A model generated the notes under the pieces. That model was given only the letters and a program-made list of their open reading frames with translations, searched no databases and was not told where the DNA came from. 64,000 nucleotides of DNA from Octopus sinensis (lineage: Eukaryota): assembly GCF_006345805.1 (NCBI RefSeq), contig NC_043021.1:21638001-21702000 (forward strand). The letters run 5' to 3'. A program made the position numbers and the translations under genes. Every line of letters begins with the position of its first letter. Within the stretch, counting starts at the first letter, position 1. Positions 55,538-64,000 of this stretch are shown one piece after another.

Positions 55538-55766
55538 GGCAGTGATCTGGCAGAAACGTTAGCACACTGGGGAAAGTGCTTACTGGTATTTCGTCTGCCG
55601 TTATGTTGAGTTCAAATTCCGCCAAGGTAAACTTTGCCTTTCCTCCTTTCGGAGTCGATAAATTAAGTACCAGTTACGCACTGGGGTTGATGTAATCGAC
55701 TTAATCCCCTTGTCTGTCCTTGCTTGTCACCTCAGTGTTTAGCCCCTTGAGGGCAATAAAGAAATA
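55538..55766 (+). mobile_element. Deu/Nin-domain SINE
   Basis: Family match. Confidence 0.8.
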
Positions 55767-55900
55767 AGAAACTGAAAGAAGCCCATCATATACATACATA
55801 TATATATAATAATATATATAATTAATTAATTAAGAAGTAATCAATAATTTCACCAAGTAGAATTCGGCATGAAAAAAGACCATTTCACGGTAAGCTTAAG

Positions 55901-56146
55901 TAATACTTTATAATTTGGGTTCAGCAAAGATTTGCTTTACCACATACCGAAGTTTAGAAAGAGCAGTCAAAAAACCTTAGCTATTTCTTCTACTTTAAAA
56001 AGGGACACGCAGAAAAACCAAAATACTCCCATTTCTGGGAGTCCCTTTTTAAAGTAGAAGAAATAGCTAAGGTTTTTTGACTGCTATTTCTAAACTTCGG
56101 TATGTGGTAAAGCAAATCTTTGCTGAACCCTAATTATAAAGTATTA
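55901..56146. repeat. Fold-back element with 106-bp arms
   Basis: 55901-56006 is the near-perfect reverse complement of 56041-56146. A related single arm lies at about 63870-63980. Confidence 0.9.
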
Positions 56147-56159
56147 CACACACACACAC

Positions 56160-56191
<32 letters not shown>

Positions 56192-56497
56192 CACATGTGA
56201 CCATGTGACTGACCAAGCTGTCACACATCTCTGGTCACAATGTGCTTTTTCATTGTTTTAGCCTTCGAATGACACCAACCCACTGGATAGGTGAGGAAGC
56301 CAACATTCCCTGCAGATTGAAAGGAGGACTGGAACAATGTGAAGTTAAGTGTCTTGCTCAAGAACACAATGTTGCCTGTTTCCAGTCCTCTGAAGAAAAT
56401 ATGTATAGTGATGGGGAAATATCAGTTTGCTTGGAAAAGGATGAGAGTTGACAACAATAAGTTGCATCAGCAAATTCCATCTGGCTGATACAAGTAT

Positions 56498-56906
56498 ACT
56501 CTTTACTTGTTTCAGTCATTTGACTGCAGCCATGCTGGAGCACCACCTTTAATCGAGCAACTCGACCCCGGGACTTATTCTTTTGTAAGCCCAGTACTTA
56601 TTCTATCGGACTCTTTTGCCGAACCGCTAAGTAACGGGGACATAAACACACCAGCATCAGTTGTCAAGCAATGCTTGGGGTACAAACACAGACACACAAA
56701 CACACACACGCATACATATATACATATATATATACATATATACGACGGATTTCTTTCAGTTTCCGTCTACCAAATCCACTCACAAGGCTTTGGTCGGCCC
56801 GAGGCTATAGCAGAAGACACTTGCCCAGGGTGCCACGCAGTGGGACTGAACTCGGAACCATGTGGTTGGTAAACAAGCTACTTACCACACAGCCACTCCT
56901 GCGCCT
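56498..56906 (-). mobile_element. CORE-type SINE
   Basis: Family match. Confidence 0.85.
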
Positions 56907-58041
56907 ATGTGAAAGTATGTGAAAGTATGTGAAAATGAACATTAAAGAATGATGATGATGATGATATGCATAATTACACACAATACAAACTAGTATCCAC
57001 AATCAAGCTGTCTATGGTAAATGTGACAATGTTTTGCTTTTCTTACATCTCTATGATGTGGGTTCCACAGGACTACTTTGGATGCTTTCCAGTTCAGGGT
57101 GGCACACACAGTGACCAGATAATCACAGCTGCCTTTGCCTGATCTTCTCACTAACTTTAGGCAGGCATCCACAAAGGCATTCATTTGTCATGAGTTGCTG
57201 CCATTTCAGTTGCCGAACCACTAAGTAACGGGAACATAAACACACCAGCATCGGTTGTCAAGCAATGCTAGGGGGACAAACACAGACACACAGACACACA
57301 AACACACACATGCATATATATATACATGCCACAGTCAAGCTAGGCAACTAGGCACATGCATTGCTGTACAGTGAAGATTGTGTCCAAACTGTGTGGTTTG
57401 GGGTTCAATTCCACCGAGTCGCACCTGGAGAAATTGTCTTGAAATGAAGAATTCCACTCTGTTACAGTCTACCAATTTCATTTAGCAGGCATTGGTCAGT
57501 TAGAGTAAAGGAGAAGCTAAAGCAGGAAATGCTTGCTCAAGAGGCCGTGCATTGGGATTGAACCTAAAACCACATGGCTGTAAAGCGATCTTTGGATGTT
57601 TTAGAAATTTTCTCTCCCTTCCTTCACCAGCTTCCAAATATGTCAAACAAGGCAATGACAATGGAAGGTGCCTCTAGCATACAGATACGGACAGAGAAGG
57701 AAAGAAAGGAGAAAGCGCTAAGCTCCTATATGCAACAGCGCCACCTTCACCTGAACACATACTAAACCTTACAACAACAACAACAACAACAAGAACGACA
57801 GTGTTGATATATCTTTACTACATTTTTTCTTTCTTTCTTTTTGTTTTTTTTTCTTACTTTTTCCTTTCTTTGAAGGGCATGGAGGGAAAGGATTTATTTC
57901 GTAAAACAGTAAATCTTATCTCAGAGTAGCAGGTGTAACGGTTCTGCATTTCTCATCATGTTTCCTTCTGAGAAATTTTTCCTCCCGATTACAACATTGA
58001 CAATATAAGGACATTTTTTTTTCTCAAAACAAACAAAAAAT

Positions 58042-58076
<35 letters not shown>

Positions 58077-58337
58077 GACAACAGCAGCAAACAATAAGAG
58101 TAAATAAAGAAAGAAAGAAAGAAAGAAAAGAAAAGAAAAGCAGCAGGAGAAGAGATAAGCAGAATTAGTGACGTAATATCGACTTCTTAACGTCGCCAAT
58201 CAGGGAGAGTTAAAAGGAAAAAATGGGGACACTCACCCTAATATAGAAAATACATCTACATATGCACAGGTGCACACACATATATATATATATATAATAC
58301 ATAAATATATATATATATATATATATATTAAATATAT

Positions 58338-58370
<33 letters not shown>

Positions 58371-58480
58371 ATATATATAAATTATATATATAAATATATA
58401 TAAATATATATAAATATATATATAAATATATATAAATATATATAAATATTATATATATATATATATATATATAAATATAA

Positions 58481-58523
<43 letters not shown>

Positions 58524-58534
58524 TAAATATATAT

Positions 58535-58598
<64 letters not shown>

Positions 58599-58614
58599 TA
58601 TATATAATATAGAT

Positions 58615-58811
58615 AACGGAAAGGTTTATGAAATAAACAAAAGACGAAGGCAGGTGGAGTACAAACAAACAAATGTATTAGTATCGGCGCTCAGGAATAG
58701 AAATAAAACAAGTCTTTTACATTTTGAGCCTACGCTCTTCGACAGAAAGATACACAGAAAAGAAACAAGGAGAGAAAAAAAATGCGTGTAGGAGCTAATG
58801 ATCTATCATGG
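58615..58811 (-). mobile_element. Pseudo-LTR-like repeat (copy 3), HHR motif decayed
   Basis: Abuts (TA)n at 58280-58612. The CGAAACG segment is mutated to CAAAATG. Confidence 0.7.
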
Positions 58812-59441
58812 GTGTGCAAACGAAGATGTACTTTTCAATGTTTTTGGTGATGCCAATGTAAGAAGTCACTGGTACAGCTTGGAGGAGAGGAAAGATGAAC
58901 GGGGGAAGAAAAGATACTTGAACGGAAGTAAATCATCGCTAATCCATTTAGAGAAGCAAACAAATTGGTAAATATGATAATGGGGTGGGAGGTCGTGGTG
59001 GGAGAGAGTATTTAGCCCCATGCACATGCACACACACACACACACACACACTATGACTCCGAACCTTGCTTGTGAAAACAAAACAACGAAATAATAAAAC
59101 TGATAACATCAGCCAATTAATATGGGGTAAAGGTGGGGAGGAGGAGGAGTCAAAGATGTTCTCGAAGGCACCTGAATTAAGCTGTAACAAGTGATGATGA
59201 TGACGACGATGATGAAGGTGATGATAATGAAAATGATGGTGGTGGTTACAAGGGTGATGTAAACAGTTATGATGATGAAGGTGATGATGAAAATGATGAC
59301 GGTTGTGATGGTGGTGGTGATGATGATGAAAATGATGAAGGTGATGACGATGAAAATGATGACAATGATGATGACAATGATAATGAAGGTGATGATAATG
59401 AAAATGATGGTGGTGGTTACAAGGATGATGCAAACAGTTAT

Positions 59442-59550
59442 GAAATAAAACAAGTCTATTACGTTTCGAGCCTATGCTCTTCGACAGAAAGATACACAGA
59501 AAAAAAACAAGGAGAGAAACAAGGAGAGAAAAAAATGCATGTAGGAGCTA
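59442..59550 (-). mobile_element. Pseudo-LTR-like repeat (copy 4, partial) with HHR-like motif at 59455-59492
   Basis: Core CUGUCGA-A, stem II GAGC-AUAG-GCUC, GAAAC GUA. Confidence 0.7.
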
Positions 59551-59944
59551 TGTATCCACATCACCATTTAACATCCATTTTCAATGCTGGCATGGGTTAT
59601 ATATACATACATAAGAAGGTTGATCAAGAAGTATCAGGAATGTTGCTTTGGTAACAGACTAAATATACAGAGTGAAGTTGTTTGGCACAGACTGACCTTG
59701 AACCCTGTCACACATTCACACCAAGTTACAACATTCTCACTTCCTGGCATTTTATAGTTTATATACTCCTCATGAAGTAATTCCATTGATCAGACCTTCT
59801 GGATTTCAGCTGCATAGAAATTTTACATTGGATTACTATGTGGTCTGATAGCCAACTCCATTAGAGGAGCTTTCTATGAGAACCACACATCTTTCTGAAT
59901 CCATATCAAATACTACAAATGTCTTCCATGACCAAACCAGTGTG

Positions 59945-60208
59945 GTCTTCTCTCTTGCAAACTGCATCTAATTCTTCTTATGTCTAACTTTTCTCTCAAT
60001 ACTCTAGCACCCGGTCACACATGTACACTGACATTGCACAACTAGCAGAGCATACACGTATCATTCTTCTCTAGCTTTCACATAACCTCTGCATTCAGGG
60101 CCCACATCTCTCTACCATGTAGCATCGCTGTTCATATACATCCATCATAAAATTTTCCTTTCACTCGGAAAGAGACACCTTTGGTTGTCAACAGAGGTAA
60201 AAACTCAG
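59945..60208 (-). mobile_element. Decayed RTE RT C-terminal fragment
   Basis: EFLPLLTTKGVSFRVKGKFYDGCI*TAMLHGREMWAL...LREKLDIRRI. Confidence 0.75.
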
Positions 60209-60889
60209 TGTGTGTGTGTGTGTGTGTGTGTGCATGTGTGTGCGTATTCATATGCACGTGTGTGCATAGATATGTCTGCATGTTTGTTTACATTCAGATC
60301 AGAGATTGTTATAGATTTTCAACAGAAAAAACTTGACCCGTTGCTTGTAGTATACTAGTGATATGAACCCACACCTCTTAATTTATTCAACAGCTGAATT
60401 AATCAATTAAATTATTATCAATCAGCCAGCAATTACTATGCTGCCCTATCAAGAGAGGAACACCTAACATTATTAACAATCTGATAGCCTAAGAGAACAC
60501 AGGCAGCTTTTACAGTCAGAGCCCTTTCAGCCAATTATTTTCACATAGCCTAACAACCAGACAGAATCTGCAGCCTACTAGCCCTTTCAACATTCCAGAA
60601 TTTAAATATGGTTCATGCTACAAACTTGAACTACAGATCACTAGACGTGAGCTGTCTGCAACCAACGCAACATGCTATGCAGCATATTGCTCCCAAGAGA
60701 ACAGTAACTCATCAATTTCCAGCTTGGTTTCGTAGTGAAGGCACGTATTGGCTGAAGTGTTATGCCAAACCTGTACATTCTTTTTACATATATGCCCTTG
60801 TAAGGACTCACATGTCCACACACTCTCTGTACGCATATACTTATCTGTATATGCAGATTCACTAGCATTTACACAAACGTGTGTGTGTA

Positions 60890-60924
<35 letters not shown>

Positions 60925-61111
60925 TGAATTCCTGTAGCAGAATGATGCATTCACTGCTGTTACAAAACACAGCGTTCCATTTTGGTCAACATTTCTTGGT
61001 GATGGAACTGGAAGCCTTTCTAATATCAACAACATTATTTTATTTCTAGGACTTGTTACAGTCAAATTCAATATTTTCCAAATTAATTGAAACAAAGGTA
61101 GTGTGTGCATG

Positions 61112-61138
<27 letters not shown>

Positions 61139-61152
<14 letters not shown>

Positions 61153-61297
61153 TAAGAGAGTGACCACTATATGGTCGACTCTGGCGCTAAAAATAGATCC
61201 GCTATGGTATTTGCCACTGTGACAAATACCATAGCGGATCTATTTTTAGTGCCAGAGTTGACCATATAGTGGTTACTCTCTTATATATGTGTATATA
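61139..61297. repeat. Near-perfect hairpin with ~75-bp arms, attached to an HHR-bearing segment
   Basis: 61139-61213 pairs with 61223-61297. The three arm differences are all G.U-compatible on the plus strand. Confidence 0.92.
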
Positions 61298-61430
61298 AAT
61301 TTTTATTGTATCCTTGGTTTTTTATGTGCTAAGCCACTTGGTGTTAAATTGATGGTATTGTTAAATTAATATCCAACTTTCCACCCTTATTTTTTTATTA
61401 TATATAATTATCTATTAATGTTTGGCATAC

Positions 61431-61497
61431 CCACTGATGAGAACTTCACCTAGCAAATTATTTTATTTGCTAATTAAAGTTCGAAACCTAGGTCTGG
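61431..61497 (+). ncRNA. Type I hammerhead with fully canonical core
   Basis: CCA CUGAUGA GAACUU-[CACC UAGCAAAU UAUUUU AUUUGCUA AUUA]-AAGUUC GAAAC-CUAG-GUC UGG. Predicted cut between 61494 and 61495. Confidence 0.85.
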
Positions 61498-61670
61498 CTC
61501 TAAAAAACATGGTAAAAGTTTTTGTTTTTATTCCCTTCAAAATTGTTCATAAATGTGGTTTTGGATGTTCTTGACTGCTCCTTCTAGCATGTAAGGTGGC
61601 CTGTTAAGTGTCACCTCTTTTTGTGTTTAAATGTACACTAACTTTATATATATATATATATATATATATA

Positions 61671-61928
61671 CTGTTGTGTCTGGGGAGAGTCATTTTCTTT
61701 TTGTGCCTTATAATTTAACACACTCACCAGTAAAATTTCCACTTATTCCTTATTTTTATTTTCCTAAAATTTTCGTTGCGTCTTGCAACCTATTCAACAG
61801 TCAAAACTATTGAAAAGATTGCAAGACGCAACGAAAATTTTAGGAAAATAAGGAATAAGTGGAAATTTTACCGGTGAGTGTATCAAATTATAAAACACAA
61901 ACAGAAAATGACTCTCCCCAGACAACAG
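61671..61928. repeat. Fold-back element with ~125-bp arms between (TA)n and unique sequence
   Basis: 61671-61801 pairs with 61806-61928 around a 4-nt loop, with a few mismatches and a 7-nt indel. Confidence 0.9.
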
Positions 61929-62095
61929 AATATGCTTCAACACATGAACTCAAATAAAGAATCTTGCAAACCAAATCCAAAAACGAAATATATATGTTCT
62001 TAAAATTTAAATCGACATCTTTGTCTATATACCTTCCTTCTATATAATGTTATCAGCTGATATGAAAATTATGTATTAATGGAAAACCTCTATAA

Positions 62096-62181
62096 TTGGC
62101 TGATGATTGCTCAACATTTTAAAACTGTTGTAATACTTACAATATTTAATAAAATGATGTAGCGTGAAACTATCGTACCAA
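62096..62181 (+). ncRNA. Type I hammerhead with canonical core and long AU-rich stem II
   Basis: UUGG CUGAUGA UUGCU...AGCGU GAAAC-UAUC-GUA CCAA. The first stem II pair is U.U. Confidence 0.6.
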
Positions 62182-62863
62182 ACTGCCGAAGTTATTCTTG
62201 TTGCTCATTTTGATTATATATATATATATATATATACATAATTTGTTGACTGACGACCGATCCAACTTACAACCAATCGACTTTAAGATGGTTGGCATGT
62301 CAGCTCCTGACAGCAATAATAAATAGTCCAGTTGAAATCTTAAGGGTTTAATTTCTTGGAAATTAACCCATCTATGGATGACGCCAGCTAACAAATGGCA
62401 TTGCCAAGGCACTAGTCTACAATAAATTTTTGTGTAAGTTTTTCAACTGTTTCTTACACTACATTGCATATTTCTTGTATTTGCAGTCTTTGGTACTTTT
62501 CTATGAACAAATACCACTGTTACTGTACAATACAGAATGGTGCGTGACTTTTACCTGAGAATGTACCTTAAGAATGTAAAAATATAAAACAAGGCTATGT
62601 GGGCTTATAGGTCAATTTACGACCAGTCAGTCGGAACCAATTGCGGTCATAAATCGACAACGACCTGTATAGGTGTATATATATATATATATATATATAA
62701 TAGTTATCGCCATACTAATATGGCATTCTTATAAAAATAAGAATAAAGCTGTCCGCTTATTAGCTCCATGAGGCCATCGCCTTAAGTTAGCTATTTGATA
62801 CACAAACTGTATCCATATAACCTTCGACAAGGAGGTCAGTCGCTCCACACTACTTGACCGGCA

Positions 62864-62905
62864 GCTACAGACACGTTTCGGGGTATTGCCCCTTTTCAAT
62901 GCAGC
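62864..62905 (-). ncRNA. Type I hammerhead, U3-A8 variant (unit 1)
   Basis: GCUGCA UUGAAAA GGGG-CAAUA-CCCC GAAAC-GU-GUC UGUAGC. Predicted cut between 62870 and 62869. Confidence 0.8.
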
Positions 62906-63225
62906 GTAGCCAGCCAGTAGGTGTCGCTTCCGACAATCTCTGTTCGATGGTTTTATTTACCTAGTTTCGGTGGAATACATCCACTTGTTTTCAATAATAG
63001 AAATATTAAAATTACTAGTCTTCTCTAAAAGAGAACAGCGGCAGCGTTCCCGGAAAATAATAGTTATCGCCATACTAATATGGCATTCTTATAAAAATAA
63101 GAATAAAGCTGTCCGCTTATTAGCTCCATGAGGCCATCGCCTTAAGTTAGCTATTTGATACACAAACTGTATCCATATAACCTTCGAACAAGGGAGGTCA
63201 GTCGCTCCACACTACTTGACCGGCA

Positions 63226-63267
63226 GCTACAGACGCGTTTCGGGGTATTGCCCCTTTTCAATGCAGC
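63226..63267 (-). ncRNA. Type I hammerhead, U3-A8 variant (unit 2, best copy)
   Basis: GCUGCA UUGAAAA GGGG-CAAUA-CCCC GAAAC-GC-GUC UGUAGC. Stem III is the palindrome ACGCGU. Stem I extends beyond an internal loop (UGGCUGG/CCGGUCA, then CUAC/GUAG). Predicted cut between 63232 and 63231. Confidence 0.85.
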
Positions 63268-63586
63268 GTAGCCAGCCAGTAGGTGTCGCTTCCGACAATC
63301 TCTGTTCGAGGGTTTTTATTTACCTAGTTTGGTGGAATACATCCACTTGTTTTCAATAATAGAATATTAAAATTACTAAGTCTCTCTAAAAGAGAACAGC
63401 GGCAGCGTTCCCGGAAAATAATAGTTATCGCCATACTAATATAGCATTCTTATAAAAATAAGAATAAAGCTGTCCGCTTATTAGCTCCATGAGGCCATCG
63501 CCTTAAGTTAGCTATTTGATACACAAACTGTATCCATATAACCTTCGAACAAGGGAGCTCAGTCGCTCCACACTACTTGACCGGCA

Positions 63587-63628
63587 GCTACAGACGCTTT
63601 TCGGGGTAATGCCCCTTTTCAATGCAGC
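63587..63628 (-). ncRNA. Type I hammerhead, U3-A8 variant (unit 3, stem III substitution)
   Basis: GCUGCA UUGAAAA GGGG-CAUUA-CCCC GAAAA-GC-GUC UGUAGC. Predicted cut between 63593 and 63592. Confidence 0.65.
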
Positions 63629-63833
63629 GTAGCCAGCCTTGTTCGAAGGTCATATGGATACAGTTTGTGTATCAAATAGCTAACTTAAGGCGATGGCCTC
63701 ATGGAGCTAATAAGCGGACAGCTTTATTCTTATTTTTATAAGAATGCCATATTAGTATGCCGATAACTATTATTTTCCGGGAACGCTGCCGCTGTTCTCT
63801 TTTAGAGAGACTTAGTAATTTTAATATTTCTAT

Positions 63834-63864
<31 letters not shown>

Positions 63865-64000
63865 ACATTATATAATTAGGGTTCAGTAAAATAATTTACT
63901 TTACCACACACCGAACTTTTAGAAATAGCAACCACAAAATTTTAGCTATTTCCTCTACTATAAGAAAAGTCTCCCAGACAATGTATACTCAAAAACAATT

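Larger units (their letters stand above)
62701..63836 (-). repeat. Hammerhead-bearing 360-361-bp tandem repeat (2.6 units) plus 200-bp inverted partial unit; retrozyme or Penelope pseudo-LTR-like
   Basis: Units start at 62701, 63061 and 63422. The direct array ends at about 63638. 63637-63836 is the reverse complement of 63356-63554. (TA)n lies on both flanks. No ORF. Confidence 0.92.

Noticed and set aside
57620-57765. Exon-like segment after a polypyrimidine tract and CAG
   Set aside because: Short frame with no domain, no convincing donor, and no linked exons.
59120-59180. Minus-strand GAFENIFDSSSSPPLP frame after CAG
   Set aside because: Too short, with a weak acceptor context, and embedded in simple repeats.
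60700-60740. GAAAC and UUGAUGA on the minus strand
   Set aside because: No NUH triplet or stems in a valid hammerhead topology.
62600-62672. Short inverted motif ATTTACGACC/GGTCATAAAT
   Set aside because: Too short and imperfect to assign; possibly a transposon end fragment.

Overview
This is non-coding, repeat-saturated animal DNA: AT-rich, with very long (TA)n, (CA)n, (GAT)n and (AAT)n tracts. The repeat families look like those of an octopus or other coleoid cephalopod; this is an inference and needs BLAST. No intact host protein-coding gene can be supported. Almost every entry in the ORF track is a translated microsatellite or SINE. Recognisable elements are three to four tRNA-derived SINE families (CORE-type, Deu/Nin-type, V/Meta-type), RTE LINE fragments, a split HERO-like RLE retrotransposon, a decayed Penelope-like element (RT plus GIY-YIG), Tc1/mariner and piggyBac remnants and MITEs, and four copies of a non-autonomous Helitron. 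The main signal is RNA-level. The window holds about ten type I hammerhead ribozyme (HHR) motifs from at least seven unrelated sequence families, nearly all with palindromic stem III. Several families carry non-canonical cores (U3-A8, C4, U6). The best case is a 360-362-bp non-coding tandem repeat at 62701-63836 (2.6 direct units plus an inverted partial unit, set in (TA)n) with one extended-stem HHR per unit. It resembles a non-LTR retrozyme or Penelope pseudo-LTR array predicted to release a ~361-nt, potentially circular RNA. A distantly related 351-bp repeat at 19728-20299 ends exactly at its predicted ribozyme cleavage site. All folds were paired by eye. Coordinates of decayed elements are approximate to within a few tens of bases. 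The assembly shows signs of long-read indel errors.
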